This document shows, piece by piece, positions 1 through 9,190 of a stretch of 64,000 bases of DNA (positions within the stretch are counted from its first letter, which is position 1; each line of letters opens with the position of its first letter). The stretch is from positions 14,437 to 78,436 of the forward strand of contig DRNU01000186.1 of NCBI GenBank assembly GCA_011374975.1, written 5' to 3'. The translations under genes and the position numbers were made by a program. Under the pieces are notes generated by a model. That model was not told where the DNA came from, searched no databases, and saw only the letters and a list, made by a program, of their open reading frames with translations. This DNA comes from Gammaproteobacteria bacterium (GTDB taxonomy: Bacteria; Pseudomonadota; Gammaproteobacteria; DSM-19610).

Positions 1-2
1 AC

Positions 3-1589
3 GGCCTGGCCGGGTTCCCGAAGCGTAACGAAAGCCCCTACGACAGTTTCGGCGTGGGCCACTCCAGCACCTCGATCAGCGCCGCGCTGGGCATGGCTGT
101 TGCCGCTGCCGGTGACCATAACCAGCGCCGTGTGGTGGCCGTCATCGGTGACGGGGCCATGACCGCCGGTCAGGCTTTCGAGGCCCTGAACCACGCCGGC
201 ACCCTGGACGCCAACCTGCTGGTGGTGCTGAACGATAACGACATGTCCATCTCGCCCAATGTCGGCGGCCTGTCCAACTACCTGGCGCGCATCCTGTCGG
301 GCCCCCTGTATGCCACCATGCGCGAAGGCAGCAAAAAAGTCCTGCAGGGCATGCCCTCGGTGTGGGAGCTGGCGCGCCGCGCCGAAGAACACATGAAAGG
401 CATGGTCGTTCCCGGCACCCTGTTCGAAGAACTCGGCTTCAACTACATCGGCCCCATCGACGGCCACGACATAGACGCTCTGCTCAAGACGCTGGGCAAT
501 ATCCGCCAGCTGAAAGGCCCGCAGCTGCTGCATGTCGTCACCCGCAAGGGCAAGGGGTTCCTGCCCGCCGAAGAGAACCCCTGCAAGTTCCACGGCGTGG
601 GCAAGTTCGACCCGGAGACCGGCCAGGGCATGGCAAAGCCTGGCAGCGCGAAAACCTACACCGAGGTGTTCAGCGACTGGGTCTGCGACATGGCGCAGCA
701 CGACGACAAGCTGCTCGCCATCACCCCCGCCATGCGCGAAGGCTCGGGCCTGGTGGCATTCTCGGAAGCCTTCCCGCAACGGTATTTCGATGTCGGCATT
801 GCCGAGCAACACAGCGTCACACTGGCTGCCGGCATGGCCTGTGACGGCTGGAAGCCGGTGGTTGCCATCTATTCGACCTTCCTGCAGCGCGCCTACGACC
901 AGTTGATCCACGACGTGGCCCTGCAGAACCTGCCGGTGCTGTTTGCCATCGACCGTGGCGGACTGGTGGGTGCCGACGGCCCCACCCACTCCGGCAACTA
1001 TGACACCAGCTTCCTGCGCTGCATCCCCAACATGACGCTGATGGCACCCGCTGACGAGAACGAGTGCCGGCAGATGCTCAGCACCGGCTTCCACCTGGAC
1101 GGGCCCGCCGCGGTGCGTTACCCGCGCGGCAGCGGGCCGGGCCGGGCCGTCGACCCCGGGCTGGAGGTATTGCCGGTCGGCAAGGCCGAAATCCGCCGTG
1201 AGGGCAAGGATGTCGCGCTGCTGGTGTTCGGCAGCCCGCTGGCGGCAGCGCTGGAGGCCGCCGAACGGCTCAACGCCACGGTGGTCAACATGCGCTTCAT
1301 CAAGCCCCTGGATATCGACTGCATCCTGGATATGGCCGCGCACCACCGGATGCTGGTCACTGTGGAAGACAACGCCATCGCCGGCGGCGCCGGCAGCGGC
1401 GTCGCCGAGGCACTGATACAGCACGGTGTCAGCGTGCCGCTGGCGCTGCTGGGCATCCCGGACCGCTTTATCGAACACGCCAGCCGCGAGCAGCAGCTGG
1501 CCGAATGCGGCATCGACGCAGACCATATATACCAGCAGGTTCAGCGGGAATTGGCGCGTACAATTGCAACCCTGCGCGCGGTTGATTAA
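3..1589 (+). CDS. dxs: 1-deoxy-D-xylulose-5-phosphate synthase (5' end outside window)
   Basis: Frame open from base 3 ([14 protein letters not shown]); [18 protein letters not shown] motif, IAEQH, DRGG..GADGPTH. Confidence 0.97.
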   Translation, partial: GLAGFPKRNESPYDSFGVGHSSTSISAALGMAVAAAGDHNQRRVVAVIGDGAMTAGQAFEALNHAGTLDANLLVVLNDNDMSISPNVGGLSNYLARILSGPLYATMREGSKKVLQGMPSVWELARRAEEHMKGMVVPGTLFEELGFNYIGPIDGHDIDALLKTLGNIRQLKGPQLLHVVTRKGKGFLPAEENPCKFHGVGKFDPETGQGMAKPGSAKTYTEVFSDWVCDMAQHDDKLLAITPAMREGSGLVAFSEAFPQRYFDVGIAEQHSVTLAAGMACDGWKPVVAIYSTFLQRAYDQLIHDVALQNLPVLFAIDRGGLVGADGPTHSGNYDTSFLRCIPNMTLMAPADENECRQMLSTGFHLDGPAAVRYPRGSGPGRAVDPGLEVLPVGKAEIRREGKDVALLVFGSPLAAALEAAERLNATVVNMRFIKPLDIDCILDMAAHHRMLVTVEDNAIAGGAGSGVAEALIQHGVSVPLALLGIPDRFIEHASREQQLAECGIDADHIYQQVQRELARTIATLRAVD

Positions 1590-1617
1590 TATTTGACCTT
1601 TTCTGTCGGGAATTAAT

Positions 1618-2004
1618 GTGGCCTCCCGCTACACCCTGAAAATTCTTACGGACTTTGCGTCCGCGCATACCCTGCGCGGCTACCCGGGCGCCTGTGCCCG
1701 CATGCACGGCCACAACTGGAAAGTGGAAGTGGAAGTCACCGCCCGCGCGCTGGACGAAATCGGCATGGGCGTGGATTTCAAGGTCATCAAACAGGCCACG
1801 CGGGATCTTGCCGCACAGCTGGATCATCGCTACCTGAACGACCTGGAACAGTTTGCAGACCTGAACCCGACAGCGGAGAACATCGCCGCCTGGTTCTACC
1901 ATGCACTCGCGGCGCAACTGAATGACGACCGTATTGCGGTACACGCCGTTACCCTGTGGGAAACCGAACGCGCCTGTGTGCGTTATGCCGAGGATGAATC
2001 ATGA
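1618..2004 (+). CDS. queD: 6-carboxytetrahydropterin synthase
   Basis: [29 protein letters not shown] motifs. Confidence 0.93.
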   Translation: MASRYTLKILTDFASAHTLRGYPGACARMHGHNWKVEVEVTARALDEIGMGVDFKVIKQATRDLAAQLDHRYLNDLEQFADLNPTAENIAAWFYHALAAQLNDDRIAVHAVTLWETERACVRYAEDES

Positions 2005-2834
2005 GTAAACCGGAAACGGCTGGCGCCGTCGACAACAGCATCGCCGATGTGCAAAACAGCGCCGATACCCGTCATATCGCTATCGACAAGGTCGGTATCA
2101 AGGACATTCGCCACCCGGTGCGCGTCAAGGACCGCACCGAGGGTGAACAGCACACCATCGCCAACTTCAACATGTACGTGAACCTGCCGCACAACTTCAA
2201 GGGCACGCACATGTCACGCTTCGTGGAGATCCTCAACCTGCACGAACGCGAGATCAGCGTCGAATCGTTCCGGGAAATGCTGAGCGAGATGACCGAACGC
2301 CTGGAGGCGGAAGCCGGTCATATCGAGATGACTTTCCACTATTTCATCAACAAGACCGCGCCGATCTCCAAGGTGCAGAGCCTGCTGGACTACGAAGTGT
2401 CCTTCATCGGCGAAATCCGCGACGGCAACCCGGAAATGAAGATCAAGGTCGTGGTGCCGGTCACCAGCCTGTGCCCCTGCTCCAAGAAAATTTCCGACCG
2501 CGGCGCGCACAATCAGCGCTCGCACGTCACCATCACCGCCACCACCAGTGATTTTGTCTGGATCGAGGAACTGATCGAGATGGTGGAAAGCCAGGCCTCC
2601 AGCGAGCTGTACGGCCTGCTCAAGCGGCCGGATGAGAAGTTCGTCACCGAACGCGCCTACGACAACCCCAAGTTCGTGGAAGACATGGTGCGCGACATCG
2701 CCGCGGTCATGAACCAGGACGACCGTATCAGCGCCTATATAGTAGAGTCGGAAAACTTCGAATCCATCCACAACCATTCCGCCTATGCGCTGATCGAGCG
2801 CAACAAGAAGACGGATGCCCTGGTCGACGGCTGA
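2001..2834 (+). CDS. folE2: GTP cyclohydrolase IB
   Basis: [37 protein letters not shown]. Confidence 0.95.
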   Translation: MSKPETAGAVDNSIADVQNSADTRHIAIDKVGIKDIRHPVRVKDRTEGEQHTIANFNMYVNLPHNFKGTHMSRFVEILNLHEREISVESFREMLSEMTERLEAEAGHIEMTFHYFINKTAPISKVQSLLDYEVSFIGEIRDGNPEMKIKVVVPVTSLCPCSKKISDRGAHNQRSHVTITATTSDFVWIEELIEMVESQASSELYGLLKRPDEKFVTERAYDNPKFVEDMVRDIAAVMNQDDRISAYIVESENFESIHNHSAYALIERNKKTDALVDG

Positions 2835-2865
2835 CAGGCTGCACTGAGACCGGCATCAACCACTG

Positions 2866-2893
2866 ACCCCGCCTCCCGGCGGGGTTTTTCTTT
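2866..2893 (+). terminator. Rho-independent terminator after folE2
   Basis: ACCCCGCC-TCCC-GGCGGGGT stem-loop followed by a T tract. Confidence 0.85.
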
Positions 2894-2962
2894 GCCGACG
2901 GACCAGCCCCTCCTGCTCCTGACCCGCCCGGGTCACCCGGACCACTTTTGAACCTCATCACA

Positions 2963-3026
2963 ATAATGGGATTTTTTTACCAAAGTTACTTGACCTTTTC
3001 CTATTTTGGGAAAATAATCCCATTAT
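2963..3026. promoter_or_regulatory. AT-rich 24-bp imperfect inverted repeat straddling a putative sigma70 promoter
   Basis: Arms 2963-2986 and 3003-3026 match at 21/24; TTGACC (2990) -17 bp- AATAAT (3013). Confidence 0.5.
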
Positions 3027-3084
3027 GCATTTGATGCATACCGGTCATAAGTCAGCCCAGTCATACAGGAATCAGGAGATTACC

Positions 3085-4347
3085 ATGGAAATCAAAAAGT
3101 TAACTTCACTCGCCACAGCCGTTACTCTCGCTCTTGGTATTACAGCCTGTGGTGGTGGTGGCGGTAGCAGCACGACAGCATCATCGGTCGGCACCTCCAG
3201 TGTCGGCGTCATCACCGGCTTCGGCAGCGTTTTTGTCAATGGCGTGGAGTACCAGACGACTGGCACCAGCATCAGCCGCGACGGTTCCCCGGCCAGTGAA
3301 AACGACCTCGCCGTCGGCATGGTGGTGGAAGTCATCGGCAACGCCAACGGCGCCAATGGTGTGGCACAGCGCATTATCGCCAATGACGAGATGGAAGGCA
3401 TCGTACAGGCCAACACTGTCGCGCCGGGCACGACTAACGGCACGCTGACGGTCATGGGCCAGACGGTCAATGTCAACGCCGACCTGATCTTTGAGAGCAA
3501 GGTGGCCGGCATCAACAGTGTCGACCAGATCGCTGCCGGCAACATCGTCGAGGTCAACGGCTTCGGTGACGGCAACGGCAATGTCACCGCCACGCGTATC
3601 GAGGTCAAGGCCGCCGATCTTGCCAGCTACCTCGCTTCCCATTCAGACGGCATGGAGGTCAAGGGCCGGGTCAGCAACCTGAACAGCACAACCTTCATGC
3701 TCGGCAACATGACTGTCGATTACTCCGGCGCAACGCTGGAAGTCAATGGCGGCCTTGCCAACGACCTCTATGTCGAAGTGAAGAGCGTTGAGGGTATCAA
3801 TGTGGATGGCAACCTGGTCGCCAGCAAGGTCGAACTGGAAAATGAAGGCAAGGCCGGACACCAGGGTGACGAAGACGAGGAATTCGAAATCAGGGGCCTG
3901 ATCGCCACCGGTTTCGATGGCACCGCATTCATCATCGACGGCACACGCATTATCGTTGACGACGGGACAGAAATGGACGATATGCGCACCTCCGACCTGA
4001 CGCCCGGAACCGAAGTGGAAGTGGAAGGCCGTTTTGATGCCAACGGTGACCTGCTCGCCGACGAGATCAGCATGGAAACCGAAGCCGACACTGAGATCAG
4101 GGGCACCATTGCCTCCGTCAGCAGCAGCGGCGTCAATACCGGCAGCATCACGCTTGTCAGTGGCACTGTGGTACTCATCAACAATGACACTGTCATGCAC
4201 GACAGCCGGGACAACGGCATGACACCGGTCGATCATTTCAACCTGGGCTTCCTGGATAACGGGGATTACGTGGAAATGCGCGTCTACACAGCAGCCAATG
4301 GCGACCTGGTCGCCGTCAAGCTGGAACGTGAGGACGGCAACACCTGA
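3085..4347 (+). CDS. DUF5666-like repeat-domain lipoprotein
   Basis: RBS AGGAG before ATG 3085; lipobox ITAC plus Gly/Ser linker; GVITGFGSVFVNGV and repeated E-x-x-G-x-(I/V)...V-E-V-x-G modules. Confidence 0.8.
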   Translation: MEIKKLTSLATAVTLALGITACGGGGGSSTTASSVGTSSVGVITGFGSVFVNGVEYQTTGTSISRDGSPASENDLAVGMVVEVIGNANGANGVAQRIIANDEMEGIVQANTVAPGTTNGTLTVMGQTVNVNADLIFESKVAGINSVDQIAAGNIVEVNGFGDGNGNVTATRIEVKAADLASYLASHSDGMEVKGRVSNLNSTTFMLGNMTVDYSGATLEVNGGLANDLYVEVKSVEGINVDGNLVASKVELENEGKAGHQGDEDEEFEIRGLIATGFDGTAFIIDGTRIIVDDGTEMDDMRTSDLTPGTEVEVEGRFDANGDLLADEISMETEADTEIRGTIASVSSSGVNTGSITLVSGTVVLINNDTVMHDSRDNGMTPVDHFNLGFLDNGDYVEMRVYTAANGDLVAVKLEREDGNT

Positions 4348-4407
4348 ATCACAGGTCATTGCCTGACAGGCAGGAGCGGGCTGTCTGGCCCGCTCCTGCA
4401 ACAGGGG

Positions 4408-5709
4408 CTAGCGCACCGCGATGGCCCGACTGGAATACTTCCGGTACAGCCTGACAGCATGCGCAAGATTCAGCAGCAGCAACAGGTTGGAAACCAGCAC
4501 TGCCGTTGCAGCCGCATAGACCGTCAAACCCTGAAAAAATACCGCCGCAACAAGTAACAGCAGTCCGGCCACATGGAACATCAACTGCACTTGCATGGGC
4601 CTGACATTGATCACTTCATGAATATTCGGTGTGTAGTACCGGGTCCCGGGTTTGAGTTTGCCCATGACTGCCGGCATACGAAGATTCAACCAGACCAGGA
4701 AAGGCACTATTTTATAGAGCATGCCGTTGATGATGGATACGGCAAACCCCACCAGCAGGAGCAGTCCTGACAGCAGGGCCAGGTCAGCCCCGCCCATCGC
4801 CCCGCCAAAATAGCTGTACACATTCGTGCCTGCACCAGGCACCAGGCACAGCATGCCGACCTGCCAGTAGGCGTTGGTAATATCAAAGCGTTTCCTGCGC
4901 CGCTTCCCCAGCAGCTGTAGAGTGACAACCGCATAGGCCAGCATCAGACAACCCGCCAGCACCACGGCAGCCAGTTCCAGACCCCGCAGCGGCAGCAAAC
5001 TGCCCGCTACCAGCAGCAACATCAGCAGATAGGCCAGCCGTTTGTTGAACAGGCCGGGGTAAGGCGGTGTGGTCAGGAACATGGGGATTACCTGTTCGGA
5101 AACGCCGACAGCCAGAATCAGTATCCAGCCGATGACACCCCAGGCAGCATGATAATTTGTCAACACGTTATTGATCGGCGCCGTGCCAAAGGCATGGCCC
5201 AAGGCCATGTAGCCACCGAGCATGACGGTCACGATCAAACCCAGCGCAGCCAGCTGGACGGCGCGCGCGGTCGTGCTGACCTTTCCTGTCCTGAAAATGG
5301 CGACAAGGACACCGGCGCCGAACAGGATCAATACCGGGGCGAGGAGCACGACAGCGGCCGCAAACAACAGCGGGCGCTGCACCAGGAAGGCGAAGACCAG
5401 GCACAGTGTGCCCAGCGTCATCAGCAGGTGCACGATCATGGCAGCGCGCGCCGCCTGCGGGAAAACGGCCCCCATCAGCACCGGGAGCATCTGGAACAGG
5501 GCCCCCAGCATGGCCATCGCGATATAACCCAGGGTAAAGGCGTGAGCCACCGCCAGGGATCCCGGCAACCAGCGGGACTGCAACAACTGGCCGCCGTCCA
5601 CAAAAATGAGGCCGGCGGCGAGCATGCCGAAAACAGGGGCTGTCAAAAAGAAGCGTACCGGCGTCCAGAACCCGGGGGCATTCTCCAGCGACAGGGCGCC
5701 CAGGTTCAC
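4408..5709 (-). CDS. Multi-pass (~12 TM) membrane protein of the type found with DUF2249/hemerythrin genes
   Basis: Hydrophobic throughout; three internal repeats (HAFTLG..GALFQMLP; HAAWG..GVSEQVIP; GF..GMLYKIVP); 4-bp overlap with upstream gene. Confidence 0.75.
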   Translation of the reverse strand: MNLGALSLENAPGFWTPVRFFLTAPVFGMLAAGLIFVDGGQLLQSRWLPGSLAVAHAFTLGYIAMAMLGALFQMLPVLMGAVFPQAARAAMIVHLLMTLGTLCLVFAFLVQRPLLFAAAVVLLAPVLILFGAGVLVAIFRTGKVSTTARAVQLAALGLIVTVMLGGYMALGHAFGTAPINNVLTNYHAAWGVIGWILILAVGVSEQVIPMFLTTPPYPGLFNKRLAYLLMLLLVAGSLLPLRGLELAAVVLAGCLMLAYAVVTLQLLGKRRRKRFDITNAYWQVGMLCLVPGAGTNVYSYFGGAMGGADLALLSGLLLLVGFAVSIINGMLYKIVPFLVWLNLRMPAVMGKLKPGTRYYTPNIHEVINVRPMQVQLMFHVAGLLLLVAAVFFQGLTVYAAATAVLVSNLLLLLNLAHAVRLYRKYSSRAIAVR

Positions 5710-5933
5710 TGGCCGTCTTTCCAGATACTGATCAGGTAAGTGCGATCCTGTTCATTGTATTCAGTCTTATGGCGCCAGCCGCCTTCTTCCAGGATGGGAT
5801 ACAGCAACAGCGGCTCCCGCCAATGGATGACCTCGAGCCGCCCGTCACCCGGCAGTGACTCCAGTGCGCCCAGGATCCGCTCCAGCGGTTCCGGCGCTTC
5901 CAGACCCCGAACATCCAGGCTGCGCGTTTTCAC
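5706..5933 (-). CDS. DUF2249 (TusA-like fold) protein
   Basis: LDVRGLEAPEPLERIL...HWREPLLLYPIL pattern; overlaps both neighbours by 4 bp. Confidence 0.8.
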   Translation of the reverse strand: MKTRSLDVRGLEAPEPLERILGALESLPGDGRLEVIHWREPLLLYPILEEGGWRHKTEYNEQDRTYLISIWKDGQ

Positions 5934-6379
5934 TCGCCTGAAGGTGTAAAGCCCGGCACTTTATCGGAAAGCTCCGGCAACACGCCTTGCAGGACCTGGT
6001 CCGCCATCGGGTACAGCACCTGTTCCTCCTTGACGTTATGTTGCTGCAGGAACAGGAAAAAGGTTTCCGCCGTGCCCAGCGCTTCGTCCCGGTCCCTGGC
6101 CTGCACGGCATCGCCGATGCGTTGCAGTAATTCCCTGAGTTCGACATGCTCGCCGCGCATCACCTGCGTGGGTCCGGCCTGCATCCCGGTGGTTTCCTCG
6201 AACAGGGGGAACAGCCCCTCTTCCTCGTTTGAGAAATGCTGCAGGGTATCCCGGCTCAATTCCTTATATAGGGATTCGGCCTGTGGCCAGTCATCGCGGC
6301 TGACGGCCTCCTCCATTTTCTCGAATACCCGGTCACAGGCCCGGTGCTGGGTGCTGAAAAATTCACTGATTGCCGCCAT
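5930..6379 (-). CDS. Hemerythrin-like (HHE) domain protein
   Basis: QH..CD, HF..EE, EH, HN.KEE di-iron pattern. Confidence 0.88.
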   Translation of the reverse strand: MAAISEFFSTQHRACDRVFEKMEEAVSRDDWPQAESLYKELSRDTLQHFSNEEEGLFPLFEETTGMQAGPTQVMRGEHVELRELLQRIGDAVQARDRDEALGTAETFFLFLQQHNVKEEQVLYPMADQVLQGVLPELSDKVPGFTPSGE

Positions 6380-6537
6380 AATTGTCCCTTTTCAACTCGG
6401 TTTGCCCCGATTCCACTGGTGCGTACAAAAAACGGCCGGCCTGCCCCGCAATGGTCGGGGTTCAGCCGCTGACCCCGCGCAGACTCCGTTCATGGCCGGG
6501 GATCGATAAATTTAACTTATGAAATATTTCGGGGTAT

Positions 6538-6551
6538 TTGACTTAAATCAA
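6538..6551. promoter_or_regulatory. FNR/DNR box between divergent hemerythrin and oxidase operons
   Basis: TTGAC-TTAA-ATCAA versus consensus TTGAT-N4-ATCAA. Confidence 0.82.
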
Positions 6552-6644
6552 GGAGGCAATAATAAGTATCTAAGATCATCGCGACAATTGGTCGCATATT
6601 AAAAATAGTACCCGCACAACAGATGTTCATTGAAGGAGAGATCC

Positions 6645-6812
6645 ATGGCTGATCCCAGTAATACCCCTGACGACGAAAAAGAACGCATCCCGGCAATGCA
6701 GTCACTGCTGGACAACCATTTCCTGTTGCTTTTCATAGGTGTCGCGATGCCCGCAGTGTTCTACATCATCTGGGGCATCATGGAAGTCGTTACCGTTCCC
6801 ATTGCACAATAA
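6645..6812 (+). CDS. Small single-TM protein, probable accessory subunit of the downstream heme-copper enzyme
   Basis: RBS AAGGAG; 55 aa with one hydrophobic helix; first gene of the operon. Confidence 0.72.
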   Translation: MADPSNTPDDEKERIPAMQSLLDNHFLLLFIGVAMPAVFYIIWGIMEVVTVPIAQ

Positions 6813-6839
6813 TCAACTCCCAGGGAGGAGAACCCAGCC

Positions 6840-7382
6840 ATGACATCTTATTTACCCCCTGCCCAGCGAATCTGGTGGAATGTGCCAGTTGGTCGCCAGG
6901 AAATCGTCTGGATCACCATCGCGCTGATCTGGTGCCTGATCCTGTTTTTCATGATGCCGTACTGGCATGTCTACGGGAAACAGAACCTGTCCACCGAGGC
7001 CTATAAAACCACGCCGGCCCAGTACGGCCCCAAGGTTCAGGCCATGATCGACAAATACACTGTCCGTACCGAAACCGAGCAGCAGATCCCCGTTGTGGCC
7101 CCGCCGGCCGGCAGCGACATCTACATGCTGGCACGGCTGTGGCAATGGTGGCCTATCCTGGAACTGGAAAAAGGCAAAACCTACCGTCTCCATCTCTCCT
7201 CTATGGACTGGCAGCACGGTTTTTCCGTGCAACCCGTCAACATCAACATGCAGGTCGTTCCCGGCTATGAAATGGTGTTGAACATCACCCCCGACGTGGC
7301 GGGTGAATACGGTGTGGTCTGTAACGAATACTGCGGCATCGGTCACCACACCATGCTCGGCAGAATCTACGTGAAGGAGTGA
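6840..7382 (+). CDS. Heme-copper oxidase subunit II with CuA site (eNOR-type)
   Basis: One TM helix; D.QHGF and CNEYCGIGHHTM CuA ligands; RBS GGAGGAG. Confidence 0.92.
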   Translation: MTSYLPPAQRIWWNVPVGRQEIVWITIALIWCLILFFMMPYWHVYGKQNLSTEAYKTTPAQYGPKVQAMIDKYTVRTETEQQIPVVAPPAGSDIYMLARLWQWWPILELEKGKTYRLHLSSMDWQHGFSVQPVNINMQVVPGYEMVLNITPDVAGEYGVVCNEYCGIGHHTMLGRIYVKE

Positions 7383-7388
7383 TGAGAA

Positions 7389-9116
7389 ATGTCTAACTTT
7401 AGACTCTGCCCCGACACGGGCCTGTTTTTCGATAAAAACGCGGAAAGCCTGATGAAGGTCCACGCGGTTGCCGCGGTCGTCTCGCTGCTGGTGGCCGGCC
7501 TGCTGGCCCTTGGCGTCGCGCTGACACGCTGGCCTGCGGTGCACCTGCTGCCCGCCGACCAGTTCTACATGTTCCTGACGGCGCACGGCATCGATGCCCT
7601 GCTGTTCTGGATCATTTTCTTTGAAATCGCGATCCTCTATTTCGCGGGATCGACCCTGCTCAGGGTCAGACTGGCAGCGCCCAAATGGGCCTGGCTGGGT
7701 TTTGCCCTGATGCTGATCGGCGCAGTCACGACCAATGTGGCCATCTTCCAGGGCAACTCCAGCGTCATGATGACCTCCTATGTACCCATGCAGGCGGCGC
7801 CCCATTTTTACCTGGGCCTGATCCTGTTCGCGGTGGGCGCCCTGATCGGCTGCTTCGTGTTTTTCGGCACGCTGGTCATCGCCAAGACCGAGAACACCTA
7901 TGAGGGCTCTGTCCCCCTGGTGACCTTCGGTGCGATAACCGCCGCGATTATCGCGGTATTCACCATCGCCAGTGGGGCGATCATCCTGGTACCGACCTTC
8001 CTCTGGTCGATCGGCTATATCAGCCATATCGACCCGGAAATGTACCGCATCATCTGGTGGGCCATGGGTCACTCCTCCCAGCAGATCAACGTTGCGGCGC
8101 ATGTATCGGTCTGGTACCTGGTGGCCGGCCTGACCCTGGGTGCACGGCCCATGTCCGAGAAAGTGAGCCGCTTCGCCTTCCTGCTCTATATCTTCTTCCT
8201 GCAGCTGGCCAGTGCTCACCACATCCTGGTTGACCCGGGTGTCAGTGCCGAATGGAAGATCTTCAACACCAGTTACGCCATGTACCTGGCGGTTCTGGCC
8301 AGCATGATCCACGGCCTGACCGTACCGGGCGCCATGGAAGTGGCCCAGCGTGAGAAGGGCTACACCCACGGCCTGTTCGAATGGCTGCGCAAGGCACCCT
8401 GGGGCAACCCGGCGTTCTCATCCACCTTTATCTCGCTGGTTATCTTCGGCTTTATCGGTGGTATCACGGGTGTCGTGATGGGTACGGAACAGATCAACCT
8501 GATCATCCACAACACCATCTATGTCCCGGCGCACTTCCACGCCACGGTGGCGGTAGGCACGACCCTGACCTTCATGGGCCTGGCCTTCTTCCTGATCCCG
8601 GTACTGTTCCGGCGCCAGATGATCCTCCCCACGCTGGCCAAGTGGCAGCCGTTCCTGTTCGGCGGCAGCATGACCGTGCTGATCCTGTTCATGATGGGTG
8701 CGGGCACACTGGGCGTCTCACGCCGCCACTGGGATATGGACTTTGCCGGTGCCGCACTGAGCTTCGAGTACTCGGGCATGGCCTACACCCTGATGGGCAT
8801 CGCCGGTATCGGCGCTGTGGTCGCGGTGATCTCCGGCGGTGCTTTCCTGCTCATTACCGTGGGTTCGCTGCTGTTCGGCAAGAAGCTGGAGCCGTCGGCC
8901 GGTATCCTGCAGAGTTTCCTCGGCGTACCACTGTCCGCGGATACCTACAATGCGAAACCCGAGATACTGCCCATGGCGGCACCGGTTGAAGAGCACGGTT
9001 CGGCAGGCTTCGAAGCACCCGGGACCTTTGTCCTGGCCATGGTGCTGCTGGTCTCCTTCATCGTGTACTACTTCATCAACTGGAAGTATCTGGCATCCGT
9101 CTGGCCGCTTAGTTAG
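7389..9116 (+). CDS. Heme-copper superfamily subunit I, putative eNOR-family nitric oxide reductase
   Basis: All six His ligands (AHG, GHSSQQ, AHH, HFH); helix VI reads H-S-S-Q-Q instead of H-P-x-V-Y (O2 reductases) or the Glu-containing motif of cNOR/qNOR. Confidence 0.85.
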   Translation: MSNFRLCPDTGLFFDKNAESLMKVHAVAAVVSLLVAGLLALGVALTRWPAVHLLPADQFYMFLTAHGIDALLFWIIFFEIAILYFAGSTLLRVRLAAPKWAWLGFALMLIGAVTTNVAIFQGNSSVMMTSYVPMQAAPHFYLGLILFAVGALIGCFVFFGTLVIAKTENTYEGSVPLVTFGAITAAIIAVFTIASGAIILVPTFLWSIGYISHIDPEMYRIIWWAMGHSSQQINVAAHVSVWYLVAGLTLGARPMSEKVSRFAFLLYIFFLQLASAHHILVDPGVSAEWKIFNTSYAMYLAVLASMIHGLTVPGAMEVAQREKGYTHGLFEWLRKAPWGNPAFSSTFISLVIFGFIGGITGVVMGTEQINLIIHNTIYVPAHFHATVAVGTTLTFMGLAFFLIPVLFRRQMILPTLAKWQPFLFGGSMTVLILFMMGAGTLGVSRRHWDMDFAGAALSFEYSGMAYTLMGIAGIGAVVAVISGGAFLLITVGSLLFGKKLEPSAGILQSFLGVPLSADTYNAKPEILPMAAPVEEHGSAGFEAPGTFVLAMVLLVSFIVYYFINWKYLASVWPLS

Positions 9117-9137
9117 AACCCCCGGACCAAAGCCCAT

Positions 9138-9176
9138 GCGGGGCGGGGGTGACCACCTCCGCCCCGCTTTTATTTT
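9138..9176 (+). terminator. Intra-cluster terminator-like hairpin after subunit I
   Basis: 13-bp GC stem GCGGGGCGGGGGT/ACCTCCGCCCCGC (one G-U pair) plus TTTTATTTT. Confidence 0.8.
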
Positions 9177-9190
9177 ACGGATACGCGAAT

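Noticed and set aside
6852-8369. 505-aa minus-strand ORF opposite the oxidase genes (likewise 11026-12522 and 25280-26872)
   Set aside because: Shadow ORFs of motif-rich genes on the other strand.
7389-9116. Annotation as ba3/aa3/cbb3 oxygen reductase
   Set aside because: The helix VI cross-link Tyr is absent (HSSQQ); CuA subunit II rules out cbb3; context is DNR/nir.
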